Below, in pieces: positions 10,355 to 21,387 of a stretch of 64,000 nucleotides of DNA. The translations under genes and the position numbers were made by a program. Source of the stretch: Fibrobacterales bacterium (lineage in GTDB: Bacteria > Fibrobacterota > Fibrobacteria > Fibrobacterales > JAOPTW01); assembly GCA_051532035.1 (NCBI GenBank), contig JAOPTW010000013.1:256001-320000 (forward strand), written 5' to 3'. Each line of letters opens with the position of its first letter. The stretch's first letter is position 1. The notes beneath the pieces were generated by a model that ran no database searches, was not told where the DNA came from, and worked only from the letters and a program-made list of their open reading frames with translations.

Positions 10355-11974
10355 TCACCTATCAAAAACACAACGTATACTCATGTTGTAATATTTTTTG
10401 CTTGCTTTTCTCATAATTCCACCATCATTGCCAACATACCGGATGAGCGCACTATCACTCCCCACACTATCAGAAGTCCAATAAAAGGCACCTAACTCAA
10501 CAAAAGAAGCAATTTTTGCTGTAGTTGTAGGGTACCCAGACTTCATTCCTGACGGTAATATATTCATCTTATATAGGTTCGTTCCTTCATTCCCACTCCC
10601 CCATAACACATTGTTACTCCGTATATTATCGACCTGCATATCAGAGCCACGAACCCCCATAGAGTCCACTATGTTTGATGCAATCCCCAACGCTTTCTCT
10701 AAATGCTTCCAATCCTCATCCGTAGATACTCTCCAATGTGTTGGGCACGCCCTGTCAACTGATTCCCATGGATAGAGCCTTCCATATTGGTCACAATTTG
10801 CTGATGCATCATTTAAACAATAGGATACTACTGTGGGCACTTCGTACTGTACATTTTCTATGAACCAAATAGTCCCAGCGATATCCACCCAGTGATACGT
10901 TGTTGTGGTACCATCTCGTATATCGTCATATTCTCCGGTATCAAAATCTAATTGATCAGATGATGACACAGTTAATGATGAGGAGGAAGAGGAGGAAACA
11001 TTTGAACTTGAAGATGCAGAAGATGATTGAACATCCAAAGGTGATGATTGTCCTATAAGGTCTGAAGATGAGCTATAGCCAATGGTACTCGATAAATGTG
11101 ATCCACTGCCATTGGAAAGCGGTATCCCCACTCCTGAAGATGATTGAGAAGATATGTTTGAAACAGCTGAACTCCCCACCACAACCAAACTACCCTGACA
11201 CGATGGTACACTGGCATACTCAGTACATGAAGATGACACACCAGGGCTAACACTCACCGGTATATCACCCTGACTGCTACTCATAATAGGGTCGGCCCCT
11301 TCAACTGTTACCCATACAGTATCTACTATTGTATGAAACGAATCACGAACCATAAAATAAACAGGAAATTCTCCTAGTGTATCACCATAAAAAATTACGT
11401 TCTGCCTCTCCTCGGGTATATATTCCCACAATCCTAATCCAGCACTATCCCATGAGGCACGGGTAGAATCATCATCTCTCCAAATGACCGTGATAACCGC
11501 CTCTTCACCCAATAGTATTGATACATCCGGAGAAGTTGTTAACACAGGCGCTTGATTAATCTCTTTAAGAGCATACGGAAAAAAGCTTCTCGAATTATCC
11601 TGTAAAGGTAAGGCTACACTCTCTTTTTGGGAGCCAATAATATTTTGACCTACATAAACCCTATATACGACAACAATTTCAGAACCCAGAAAAGGCTCAA
11701 CAGGAATGTTGATTTCTTGATGTGTGCTCTGTATATAGAGTGTATCCTGTAGATAAGTGGAATCACCTACTGAGATAGAATACACGATACTCGTCACATT
11801 CTTATCTATACTTGGATAACCGATAACCAATTGATAGTTTGATTCTGTTGAAACATTGTGGGTTGAGTCTCCACATGAAGCAACAATCACTACCAATAAT
11901 AAAACAGTACCCCTCATAGCAACACTTTTCATACCCCATGCAAGTGTTGCTATTTTTACACCTATTTTAGTCAT
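10355..11974 (-). CDS. FISUMP-domain lipoprotein with Ser-rich linker
   Basis: Lipobox VASC; poly-Ser; YHWVDIAGTIWFIENV..YGRLYPW..ACPTHWRVSTDEDW..MSIRCV. The true start may be a downstream Met. Confidence 0.8.
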   Translation of the reverse strand: MTKIGVKIATLAWGMKSVAMRGTVLLLVVIVASCGDSTHNVSTESNYQLVIGYPSIDKNVTSIVYSISVGDSTYLQDTLYIQSTHQEINIPVEPFLGSEIVVVYRVYVGQNIIGSQKESVALPLQDNSRSFFPYALKEINQAPVLTTSPDVSILLGEEAVITVIWRDDDSTRASWDSAGLGLWEYIPEERQNVIFYGDTLGEFPVYFMVRDSFHTIVDTVWVTVEGADPIMSSSQGDIPVSVSPGVSSSCTEYASVPSCQGSLVVVGSSAVSNISSQSSSGVGIPLSNGSGSHLSSTIGYSSSSDLIGQSSPLDVQSSSASSSSNVSSSSSSSLTVSSSDQLDFDTGEYDDIRDGTTTTYHWVDIAGTIWFIENVQYEVPTVVSYCLNDASANCDQYGRLYPWESVDRACPTHWRVSTDEDWKHLEKALGIASNIVDSMGVRGSDMQVDNIRSNNVLWGSGNEGTNLYKMNILPSGMKSGYPTTTAKIASFVELGAFYWTSDSVGSDSALIRYVGNDGGIMRKASKKYYNMSIRCVFDR

Positions 11975-12065
11975 GTAAAAATCTATGTGTGCTTAAATAT
12001 TTCAAAGCAACTGTAGAAATATAGTTCGTATTTTCCTAGCGCGATAAATTGACAAAGCCTATTTA

Positions 12066-12081
12066 TGTGACCATCATCACA
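12066..12081. promoter_or_regulatory. CRP/FNR-family-like operator TGTGA-N6-TCACA
   Basis: Perfect core TGTGA-CCATCA-TCACA with AT-rich flanks, ~90 bp upstream of the 11974 start, in a divergent intergenic region. Confidence 0.55.
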
Positions 12082-12360
12082 CTTTTAGTAACTTTACCCC
12101 CTCAAAATACACTAATTAACCTAATAAATCCATTAACATACCGGTATCATTATTTAGCAGTGCTTATTTAATCACACTACAATGAAACATTTTTGGCACG
12201 ATTACTGTTCACAAATTTATCACCTTTATTTGGACATTTCTATATATCACATCCAATATATTCTATTCGGGCCTGTAACATTCACCATGATACGGTACAG
12301 TTTTCCCTTCAGCACTCCAATGTCACTGGATATAGAGTAACTAATGGGTATATTTGCTGA

Positions 12361-13008
12361 ATGCTAAAAAAGACGATACATTTATGTCCACTCTGTGGAA
12401 ATTCCGGCAAAGTCATTCACCAAATTAAAGCCAAAAGCTATTATCAATGTGAAAATTGTTTTGGAATGTTTGTCGACCCAGAGTATATACTCAGTAACGA
12501 AAATGAAAAAATGCGGTACGAAGAACACGACAACGATGTGGAAAATATAGGATACCAAAATTTCGTATCCCCCATCACCAATGCAATCACACGGGATTAC
12601 ACTAAGAACCATTCAGGACTCGATTTTGGTGCAGGAACTGGTCCGGTAATCTCAAAAATACTCAACGACAACAGCTACCAAATAGCTCAGTACGACCCTT
12701 TCTTCCATAATCACCCAGAGTTACTAAACGGTACATACGATTACATTGCATGCTGCGAGGTCATTGAACATTTTCACGACCCGAGTAAAGAATTTACGTT
12801 ATTAAAAAGGCTACTGAATAAAAAGGGCACTCTCTATTGCATGACTCATATATATGATGAAGAGACCACTTTTAAAAACTGGTATTATCTCAACGACACC
12901 ACCCATGTTTTTATCTATCACAAAAAAACAATTGAGTGGGTGGCAGAGACGTATGGGTTTTCGGATGTTACTATTGAGGGGAAACTTATTTGCTTTTCGA
13001 TACAATAG
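12361..13008 (+). CDS. Class I SAM-dependent methyltransferase with N-terminal CxxC zinc motifs
   Basis: CPLC and CENC; motif I LDFGAGTGP; EVIEHF; WYYLNDTTHV. Confidence 0.85.
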   Translation: MLKKTIHLCPLCGNSGKVIHQIKAKSYYQCENCFGMFVDPEYILSNENEKMRYEEHDNDVENIGYQNFVSPITNAITRDYTKNHSGLDFGAGTGPVISKILNDNSYQIAQYDPFFHNHPELLNGTYDYIACCEVIEHFHDPSKEFTLLKRLLNKKGTLYCMTHIYDEETTFKNWYYLNDTTHVFIYHKKTIEWVAETYGFSDVTIEGKLICFSIQ

Positions 13009-13053
13009 AAAAGCTTTGATTACCCGGAGAGTTAAAAATGGTATATCACCACA

Positions 13054-13779
13054 CTAAAAATCACACTCTCCGTCTACATACTCATGCCGAATATGTTCAT
13101 CAATGACACTGGTAGGAATCTCCCACGTATCCACCTCAAAAATAATGATCTCTCCAACCATTACTGAGCTCGCCATACAGCCACCACCTTCTCTTGAATA
13201 AACACCCAGTTGCACAGAATTATTAACCATCATAGGCATATAAAATCCTCCACTATAGTTTCCATTTGATCCAGACCAATACAACCGAATCACCTGTTTC
13301 CCTTCAGGAAGCACATAGGAATCATCTGAAAGAGCCTCTCTAATATCTGCTTCATTGCTAAAAATGCTTATAGCATCATATGCATCATCATACTCATAGC
13401 CACTCCCCGCCTCTTTGAGCATTGTAACATCTAAATAGGTGCTGTCAGCAATACTCACTATCAACAATTCAGAGCTGACACCCATTACACTTGAATAGAA
13501 CTCACTCGATAACGCTTCCTGAGAAGAAAAAGAGCCCATTTCCATTGAGGAATCATCACCTGATGAAACGCCATCATATGAAGAAGCGTCTATTTCCTTG
13601 CCAGACACGCCATCAATTGATGACACTGATTCAAAAGAAGATTCTCCTCCATTCGAAGAATTGTCTGTAGCACTGGAAGATTGAAAGCCTGTATCTTCAT
13701 CAGAGTTGTCCGAGTTGATACAGGAGATGAGAGAAGCGGTGACAATACATATGCTACAAAATAATTGCATAGATTTCAT
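13054..13779 (-). CDS. Hypothetical Ser-rich lipoprotein
   Basis: Lipobox LISC; long Ser/acidic linker; small C-terminal domain. Confidence 0.7.
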   Translation of the reverse strand: MKSMQLFCSICIVTASLISCINSDNSDEDTGFQSSSATDNSSNGGESSFESVSSIDGVSGKEIDASSYDGVSSGDDSSMEMGSFSSQEALSSEFYSSVMGVSSELLIVSIADSTYLDVTMLKEAGSGYEYDDAYDAISIFSNEADIREALSDDSYVLPEGKQVIRLYWSGSNGNYSGGFYMPMMVNNSVQLGVYSREGGGCMASSVMVGEIIIFEVDTWEIPTSVIDEHIRHEYVDGECDF

Positions 13780-13842
13780 AGAGAGTCCTTAGATTAGGGG
13801 TCGAGAATAATAATGTATATAAAATTTCAATTGATTGAGATG

Positions 13843-14169
13843 TCAGGTCTCATCAGACCGGTTAAAAATACAAAAGAAGTAGTATGGTACCATCGCAAAA
13901 ATATTAAAAAAGAGGAATGCGAAAATCAGACTTGATTTGGCCGTGATGGACAATTGATCATTTTTGAATGCGTGATTGGTATAAAATAATACCGGTATAA
14001 TCCACAATATGAAATAGAGTATTGATGGGTCGAAGGTAGCCATGAACGATTCATATGTATCGTAGAAATTTTCACTAAAACTATAAAGTACACTAGTCAA
14101 AGCTATATGAGCCCCTAAATATATCATTGGCAGAAATGTGATGAAGAATATCAGCAATTTATTTTTCAT
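13843..14169 (-). CDS. Small integral membrane protein
   Basis: Three hydrophobic segments; likely start at the ATG at 14169 (MKNKLL). Confidence 0.6.
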   Translation of the reverse strand: MKNKLLIFFITFLPMIYLGAHIALTSVLYSFSENFYDTYESFMATFDPSILYFILWIIPVLFYTNHAFKNDQLSITAKSSLIFAFLFFNIFAMVPYYFFCIFNRSDET

Positions 14170-14258
14170 AAGGAGATACCTTAAAAGTGACGAGACTCTA
14201 CCCTGCAACGGTAGAGCTTATCAGGGTTAATGATTTTTTTTAAATACCAGATACACTC

Positions 14259-14726
14259 TTATATCGTTGATTCTAAAAACTCATCCGGATTCTTACAATA
14301 TTCAAACGCACTCGACCCTCGCACAAAAGGCTTAATCTCTGCCAATGAAGGACTGATGCAACTCTTCATGTCGGGAATCAACAAATGACACTTCAATTCT
14401 TGGGCAAGGTCTAACACATCCACCAACAAAGGCTTTATATCTCTTCGCATATCGATGCGTATAGAGATTGACTCAATTTTACTGCCTTCTCTTATCACCT
14501 GAATGTCAGAATCTTTTTCATCACCCCAAATTTTAATATCACTACACCAGGACGGGCCTTTGGGTAACATTTTTGAAATCATTGGTTCAAAATCTATTTT
14601 TGGTTGATTTAATTCCCACGCTTCGTAAGTGTCGCATTTATTATCATCATTATAGAGGCTCTCAATTGAATTGTCTCTGAGCCATCGTATTGGTATAAGT
14701 TTGAGTTGAAACTGATAGGTTTCCAT
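14259..14726 (-). CDS. Hypothetical protein
   Basis: 155-aa ORF with ATG start, globular composition and a promoter-like element upstream. Confidence 0.65.
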   Translation of the reverse strand: METYQFQLKLIPIRWLRDNSIESLYNDDNKCDTYEAWELNQPKIDFEPMISKMLPKGPSWCSDIKIWGDEKDSDIQVIREGSKIESISIRIDMRRDIKPLLVDVLDLAQELKCHLLIPDMKSCISPSLAEIKPFVRGSSAFEYCKNPDEFLESTI

Positions 14727-14780
14727 AGTGTAATCTCAATGGTTATCTCTTTAAATAGAGAAAGTAGGTTCAAAAACATA

Positions 14781-14808
14781 AATCTAAACAATTTACTTCT
14801 AATTACAA
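14781..14808 (-). promoter_or_regulatory. Sigma70-like promoter TTGTAA-N16-TAGATT
   Basis: Minus-strand TTGTAA (14808-14803) and TAGATT (14786-14781); the same hexamers and spacing recur at 27438-27465. Confidence 0.5.
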
Positions 14809-14906
14809 TGCTCTATATCGCTTTTAAGCATGACACAAATAAGACTACGAATCTAACAGTACTGTAATGGGGCTTAATCGATATCAGAGCTACAAATACC
14901 AAAATA

Positions 14907-14932
14907 CAAAAGGCCCCCAAATGGGAGCCTTT
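14907..14932 (-). terminator. Intrinsic terminator after the CotH gene
   Basis: Minus strand AAAGGCTCCC-ATTT-GGGGGCCTTTTG, 37 bp after the stop codon. Confidence 0.65.
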
Positions 14933-14968
14933 ATAGTATCATAGTTTTACACCGAACAATTTTATAGC

Positions 14969-16552
14969 CTAAAAACCTTGTAGACCTTCAGCAATGTGTG
15001 CTACAAACGCATCTCTGTGAAGCTGGAGATTGCCTTTTAAATAACCTACCTGATCACGCCAATCATCAACATCTAGATAAGGGTCCTCAATAACCGCTTG
15101 TTCGATCAGTGCAGCCCAGCGGTCAATATCTGTGTACATAGCATCCAATTGAAAAGGTCCTGCAAGTAATTCATTACTCGCGGTGACATATTGATCCCAG
15201 TAGTGTTGTACATAGAGATTAAAAAATTTGTCGCACGCAGCAGGTTTGGCATATTGCCAAAACTCAAAATTCGTTTCACAATCATCCGGAAGATAATTCC
15301 AGTTGGGAAGTTTCGTGGTATTCTCAATATCATCGGGGTGCCAAAGTATCAGATCAAGGTCCCAAGGAATTACCGTGAATTTATCGGTACCTTCCATTTG
15401 ATAGAAGTAAAAGTTATGATTGGTTGTATTAGATACTGGTGAGCTTTCGTAATCCGAAATAAATCGGACCACACCATCTATATTGGCAAGGGCTCTATCG
15501 ACTGCCATAAGGCGTGCGAAATTTTCTAGATCCCACAGGGGTTCAATGTCCTCCTCAAAAGTATCATAGGTTGTGTTTTTGAGTGCATCATGGAGCTGAG
15601 TCATTGCTGAATGATCAGCGATATCTTCATTGGTTTTTAAATTATTCCGCATAACATTATCCCATACCCATTCAGTCTCTTCAAACCAAAAAGTAGGACC
15701 TACTATGCCAGGCCACACCTCTTTATACAGGTTTCCATCAGCAGCCTCCGGCCATCTATCTGCAGTAAAACGACCATCTATCTGTTCTACTGTAGCAAAC
15801 ACCCCCCAATATTCATCATTTATATAAACTTTAGTAAATCCAGATCTACTCGCCATTACCCCCATATCCCTGAACATTTGATAGCCCAATTGCTGAATAA
15901 GGTTTGAGCTTCCCCCTCTAAGGGCATGTAAATTAAGGCGCTTCATACCACATAGACGAGTGTCATCATTGTACTTATTAAACTTCAATTTCATAGATAT
16001 TTTACTACATCGGTTCTTATAGTTCCGTTGATTGTTAGGCCAACAGTGATCCATAGATGAATCTGACCCTTTGTGTCGTAACCCTACAGACCCGAGTATT
16101 GTGTCATTAAAGGTAAATTCTGCAGGGACATATTCCTCTTTATATCCATTCAATTCCAGTTCTTCTAAATTGGCTTCGGTAACAGTAAGTCGTATTGTCT
16201 GAACTTTTTCTTCGAAAATGTCAGCTGATGGACATCCTTCGGGCTCTTTTTCAGTTTCTGATGAGAATGAATTCACACTAGAAGATAATTGTTCCGAGCT
16301 AGATTCACTACTCGATAGAGTATTTTCATTAGAGCTGACAGCAGAAAATACACTACTAGTACTAGAACTAGAACTAGAACTATTCATTTCCACCAATGAA
16401 CTGGATTGCTCATAACTTGAATAAAGCGCACTACTTTCATCATCAGAAATTGCACTACTGATTCCTTGAGTTGGATCACTTATTGTTGAATCGCACGCGA
16501 GGAGTACTGATATAGCCATAACGAAATTCGAAAGGATTACTAAATTCTTCAT
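14969..16552 (-). CDS. CotH kinase family lipoprotein
   Basis: Lipobox LLAC; Ser linker; VGLRHKG, KLKFNKY, VYINDEYWG..EQID, GNLYK, HNFYFY, IPWDLD. Confidence 0.88.
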   Translation of the reverse strand: MKNLVILSNFVMAISVLLACDSTISDPTQGISSAISDDESSALYSSYEQSSSLVEMNSSSSSSSTSSVFSAVSSNENTLSSSESSSEQLSSSVNSFSSETEKEPEGCPSADIFEEKVQTIRLTVTEANLEELELNGYKEEYVPAEFTFNDTILGSVGLRHKGSDSSMDHCWPNNQRNYKNRCSKISMKLKFNKYNDDTRLCGMKRLNLHALRGGSSNLIQQLGYQMFRDMGVMASRSGFTKVYINDEYWGVFATVEQIDGRFTADRWPEAADGNLYKEVWPGIVGPTFWFEETEWVWDNVMRNNLKTNEDIADHSAMTQLHDALKNTTYDTFEEDIEPLWDLENFARLMAVDRALANIDGVVRFISDYESSPVSNTTNHNFYFYQMEGTDKFTVIPWDLDLILWHPDDIENTTKLPNWNYLPDDCETNFEFWQYAKPAACDKFFNLYVQHYWDQYVTASNELLAGPFQLDAMYTDIDRWAALIEQAVIEDPYLDVDDWRDQVGYLKGNLQLHRDAFVAHIAEGLQGF

Positions 16553-17166
16553 ATTGATTGTCCCAATGTATTGTGCTTCTATTTAGAGGTACCCTTAATT
16601 CAGCAACTCATAAACACAGTGTTGATATACGGTCATGATTATCTATACACAGACTTAAAGGCGGTGCAAGCTGTACATGGGTTCCCAAGCCCAATAATCA
16701 TATTTTAATAGTAATTCTGTATACTATAGGCACATTATAGTGCTGCTAAAAAATAACAAAAACAAAAGAAAATGTACTGTAATGAAGTCTTTACAGTCAC
16801 ACAATGTGCAAGTCCACAAATAGACGGCTTGAGACTATAGAAGCTTTCATCATGACACAAAAATCTAAATATCCTAACACAAGGTTGTACAACCCCCTTA
16901 CCCTGAGCAAACTTTCATTTACATTAATCAGCCCATTCTCTATAAAGTGTACATTTGGGACGCTGATGGGGCACAAAAGACACATCTGAACGGGCATATC
17001 TCCCTTAAGGAGGTATTCAGAGGTCGTATCTTATATTGGTTTTCAAACAAAACCCTATGATTCATCTGTCGAATCTTCATCAAATTATACAAGTATACAG
17101 CACTATTTATGACGAATAACAGTGCTCGTTACACATAATTATTTATAGGATAAAGGAAAATCATAC

Positions 17167-18669
17167 ATGAAAGCATTCAAACATTTAGTACTTGCATTAG
17201 GGCTCACGGCTTCTATTGCTCAAGCAGAATACACAATTACCGATGTCACCCACCCAACAACAGCAGGATCGAAAATTCTGTTTAGCGTAGAAGGTGGCAG
17301 CGCATACATAGGAGCTGCATGGGCATATGGCGAACGACAAGAACTCTTTATCACCGATGGTATTGAGGCAAGCCAAATAACTGAAAACACCCTTATGGAT
17401 CGTTTCGCAGGAGTTGATAACGGTCAGTACGCCTATCACGTTCCTGGAGAGCCGGGTGTATATATATATAATGGTGTAGAAACAATCAATGTTGCACCTG
17501 AAGCATCACTCGGCTGGGAAGGACTCTCATTTAGCAACGGCCAAGCAGTGTTCTCAATGTGGGATGGCAATGATTCAGAAGTTTTCCTCTACAACGGTTC
17601 AGAGCTTGTTCAAATCACCGATAACGACATCAGAGATGACCAACCGGTTATACATAATGGCACTATCGTTTGGGTTGGTGGAGAACTAGGAATACATGAA
17701 GTCTATAGCTGGAAAAATGGTGTCATCACACAGATTCCTTCTGGGACTGGTGCAATGAACCCTATTGTTGAAAACGATATCTTTGTTTGGGGCGAATATA
17801 TACCAGGCAGTAATCGTGAAGTATTTATGCACGCAAACGGCGTTACAACCAATATCAGTAATAGCCCTAATATGGATGACGAGTTTGCTATTTCTAACGG
17901 ACAAATCGTTTGGAAATCACGCTACGACTTCGGTGGCCACCCCCCGTATAACTTTAATCACTACGAAGTAGTGCTCTTTGATGGAACAAATACCACATCA
18001 ATTAGTAGCCATGATGAAACGGTCAAAGATATCCGTATTGACAATGGTAACATCGTATATCTTAGTAAACAAATCTCTGGTGGAAATTTTGATGTATACC
18101 ACTACAACGGTGCAGTGGTTACACAGGTTACCGCTACAGCATCAAACGAAGGGTACCCTGTTATCGATGGGTCTTATATCGGCTGGACTGAATTAACGGT
18201 AGATGGCGATCTTGTTAAAATTGCAGCAATAACTGGTTGGGATCCAACTGAACGTTTCTTCCTTACTGCACGTCATAGTGGCAAGGCTCTTGATGGCGCC
18301 GGTGGAGACAATGGCTCTAACGTACAGCAGTGGGATCTTCACGGTGGTTTAAACCAACAGTGGACTATTAATGCTAGTACTTTTGGACACGCCATTACCA
18401 ACGTGGCAAGCGGAAAAGTACTTGATGTTGCTGAATGGTCAAAAGAGAATGGTGGCAATGCACACCAGTGGGACTGGGTTGATGGACTCAATCAACAGTG
18501 GGTTCTTACCCAAATCGAAAATGGTGCGTATATCATCATGAACGTACTCAGTGGCAAAGTTCTCGATGTTTCTGAATACGCAACATGGAATGGCGCATCA
18601 GTACACCAATGGGAGTATGTTGGTGCCGACAATCAGCACTGGGATATTACCAAAGTAATTGCTGAGTAA
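17167..18669 (+). CDS. Secreted beta-repeat (propeller-like) protein with C-terminal ricin-B/CBM13 domain
   Basis: Signal peptide; ~35-40-aa repeats (EVFLYNG..QITDN..P.I.NG.IVW); QxW triplets (NVQQW, NQQW, HQW). Confidence 0.8.
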   Translation: MKAFKHLVLALGLTASIAQAEYTITDVTHPTTAGSKILFSVEGGSAYIGAAWAYGERQELFITDGIEASQITENTLMDRFAGVDNGQYAYHVPGEPGVYIYNGVETINVAPEASLGWEGLSFSNGQAVFSMWDGNDSEVFLYNGSELVQITDNDIRDDQPVIHNGTIVWVGGELGIHEVYSWKNGVITQIPSGTGAMNPIVENDIFVWGEYIPGSNREVFMHANGVTTNISNSPNMDDEFAISNGQIVWKSRYDFGGHPPYNFNHYEVVLFDGTNTTSISSHDETVKDIRIDNGNIVYLSKQISGGNFDVYHYNGAVVTQVTATASNEGYPVIDGSYIGWTELTVDGDLVKIAAITGWDPTERFFLTARHSGKALDGAGGDNGSNVQQWDLHGGLNQQWTINASTFGHAITNVASGKVLDVAEWSKENGGNAHQWDWVDGLNQQWVLTQIENGAYIIMNVLSGKVLDVSEYATWNGASVHQWEYVGADNQHWDITKVIAE

Positions 18670-18730
18670 AAAGTCCATTGCGACTATAACAACGATAGAG
18701 TATAAATCGACACAAATTTAACAGTACCAA

Positions 18731-18768
18731 TGATAAAAACGGCTACCCTAGGGTGGCCGTTTTTATCA
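18731..18768. terminator. Bidirectional intrinsic terminator
   Basis: TGATAAAAACGGCTACCC-TA-GGGTGGCCGTTTTTATCA between convergent genes. Confidence 0.85.
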
Positions 18769-18788
18769 TCACCCCACTTTTACACTTA

Positions 18789-21203
18789 TTATTCTTTTAA
18801 ATATTTGTTCATAGTTTCACTGAGTTCGTGAAGTTTAAACGGTTTTCTTAAAAAAGCACATACACCCGATTTTTTCAAATCTGTCATGCTGCCATCAGGT
18901 GAGAAGCCTGTTGTAACAATAACCTTGCAATCACTCTTAATTTCTTTAAGCTTGGGAAATGCATCTCGTCCATTCATGACAGGCATGATCATATCCAGTA
19001 GTATGATATCAACGGTATTACAATGTTCTTCATATAATTTTACTGCCTCTGCCCCATTGTAGGCACTGATCACGGAATAGCCGAGGTCCTTGAGCATATG
19101 CGACATTGTAAGCTGTAAAATTTCTTCATCGTCTACAAGTAAAACCGTACCCTTACCCTTTATCGCTGGTTTATCAACATTTTCTTCAACTACGTGGGTA
19201 TCACATAAAGGCAAATATATAGAAAAGGTTGCCCCCTTCCCCTCGATACTCGTCACATTAATTACGCCTTTGTGGTCAACTACCATACCATGTACTGCAG
19301 CGAGCCCAAGACCAGTTCCCTCGCCCTGTTTTTTTGTCGTATAAAAAGGCTCGAATATTTTTGAGAGACTTTTCAGAGGTATTCCACACCCAGTATCGTG
19401 AATCAAAATTTCAATAAACTCACCGGGAACAATATCAAAAGATGACTTTTCACAAAACGCATGTTCTAAAGTCACCTGATGAGTTTCAAAAGTTATTGAC
19501 CCTCCATCCGGCATAGCTTGACTTGCATTAATACCAATATTTAAAAAGGCATTACCCAACGCAGAGTCATCACCAATAATACCGGCATTATTCATATTTT
19601 TTTCAATTGATACGGTAATATTCTTATTTATGGTTCGTGACAACATATCAACAGTATCATCCAATATTGTATGTACATCGACTGTGGTAGATACAAATTT
19701 ACCCTTATGACCAAAAGACAGCAATTTATTGGTCAAATCCGATGCCCGGTCAGCACTTTGTACAATAAGATCTACATACTTTTCCCCTTTTTCATTGAGG
19801 TTAACAGAAGGGGACTTTAAGAGCTGCGCTCCTCCGAGTATCCCCGCAAGCATATTATTAAAGTCGTGTGCAACACCACCAACCAATTGACCGATCGCAT
19901 CCATTTTTCTGCCGTGACTCAACTCCTTCTGCATCTCAGTCTCTTTTGTAACATCGTCAATTCGAATTACCGCACCAACAGATGTTTTTTCATACAAAGG
20001 ATAAATGGTAATGTTTTCATAGAGTTCCGCCCCCGATTCCGACATACGTTCCGAAACGTCCCTGATAAGTTCTCCTGTTTCAATACTCTCAAGCACCTTT
20101 TTGCTAATACCTTTAAATCGAGAATCAAGCTTCGTTAAGAGCCTCCCATTGGCATTATCTTCAGATATACCGGTATTGATAGCTGCGGTTGTATTCCACT
20201 GAGTAACAGTTAAATCGGCGTCAACCCCAATGAGTATTGAGGGCATTGAGTTAATGATATTCGATAGGTAATATTTGAGCTTCACAGTCTCTTTTTCCGC
20301 CACTGTGCGTTCGCTAAATGCAGTAGCCAGCACATAGACCATTAAGGATAAAATGGCAATAAATGCCTGCAGGTTGCTCATGGTTACATATACATGTTTC
20401 TCATCCACCAGTTCTCCAAAACCATTGAGCGTGGCCCAAATAGCAATTGATGACACCAGAAATGAAGAGATGGCCGTGACCCGTCTCCCAAAGCGTATTG
20501 CCGCCCATAACAACAATGGTATTAATATATAAACCGGAAAAGTCACTCCATCAAATAACAGACCGAATACCACTGTCCCCCCAAAAACAATCATCGTCCC
20601 AAGGGAAAACAACTCAATACGACGATCTTTAATGTCAGGTATAACCGATGGACCACTCCACCCTAAAAACATAAGTGTTACTAATAACACCCCCACAAAG
20701 TCACCAATCCACCAGGTCTTAATAACCGCAAAATACAAGTCCCACGCGACAACCCCTGAAACACACAATGCCGTGGCACCAATTCCCGCACCAACAACAG
20801 CCATTGCGGCTGCCACCATAATGAAACGTAACACGCCAAGTGACGTGAGTAATCTGTTTTCTGTATCAATATAGCGTCTAAAGAGATAGGCACCGACATA
20901 CACTTCAACAACTTTGCCTGCTGCCACTACAATGTTTACCAAAGAAAAGGCGTCTAGGAAGGCTGAGTCGCCTCCCCCACTCATTTTTGTTAAAATCGCA
21001 CCAATAAAAATAACCGGCAGGTACCGGTATCCTAAAAGTAAAATCATGGCGAAGGCAAAACCTACAGGTGGCCACACCAGTGATGAGCTAATACCCTCAA
21101 AAACAAGCCGTTCAGACAAAGCCTCAATAATGGCATAAATAATAGTCAATGAAAGCATTGAAATAAAATAAGAAGCACCAAATTTGTTTTCGCTATTATC
21201 CAT
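18789..21203 (-). CDS. Hybrid sensor histidine kinase (MASE1-PAS-HisKA-HATPase-REC)
   Basis: MASE1 motifs VWPPVG and WWIGD; H-box VAHDFNNML; IFEPFYTTK, GTGLGL; receiver LLVDDE..LLDMIMP..KP. Confidence 0.92.
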   Translation of the reverse strand: MDNSENKFGASYFISMLSLTIIYAIIEALSERLVFEGISSSLVWPPVGFAFAMILLLGYRYLPVIFIGAILTKMSGGGDSAFLDAFSLVNIVVAAGKVVEVYVGAYLFRRYIDTENRLLTSLGVLRFIMVAAAMAVVGAGIGATALCVSGVVAWDLYFAVIKTWWIGDFVGVLLVTLMFLGWSGPSVIPDIKDRRIELFSLGTMIVFGGTVVFGLLFDGVTFPVYILIPLLLWAAIRFGRRVTAISSFLVSSIAIWATLNGFGELVDEKHVYVTMSNLQAFIAILSLMVYVLATAFSERTVAEKETVKLKYYLSNIINSMPSILIGVDADLTVTQWNTTAAINTGISEDNANGRLLTKLDSRFKGISKKVLESIETGELIRDVSERMSESGAELYENITIYPLYEKTSVGAVIRIDDVTKETEMQKELSHGRKMDAIGQLVGGVAHDFNNMLAGILGGAQLLKSPSVNLNEKGEKYVDLIVQSADRASDLTNKLLSFGHKGKFVSTTVDVHTILDDTVDMLSRTINKNITVSIEKNMNNAGIIGDDSALGNAFLNIGINASQAMPDGGSITFETHQVTLEHAFCEKSSFDIVPGEFIEILIHDTGCGIPLKSLSKIFEPFYTTKKQGEGTGLGLAAVHGMVVDHKGVINVTSIEGKGATFSIYLPLCDTHVVEENVDKPAIKGKGTVLLVDDEEILQLTMSHMLKDLGYSVISAYNGAEAVKLYEEHCNTVDIILLDMIMPVMNGRDAFPKLKEIKSDCKVIVTTGFSPDGSMTDLKKSGVCAFLRKPFKLHELSETMNKYLKE

Positions 21204-21387
21204 AAAAACCTAGAATACAAGGAGTTGTGTCGTTACATTGATAATATCATTATTTTGATGAAAATGGTAGAATGACAGTCATTACCGCTTAAGTAATGAC
21301 ACCAATAATTATAACGATTGAAGGCTATCACAGTGAAAATCACGATCCAGAGGTGGCGACACAGTGAATTGTAGAGGCTCACGCCCC

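Noticed and set aside
8260..16450. Poly-Ser coding tracts as DNA repeat elements
   Set aside because: Mixed Ser codons inside lipoprotein linkers; an ordinary protein-level feature in this lineage.
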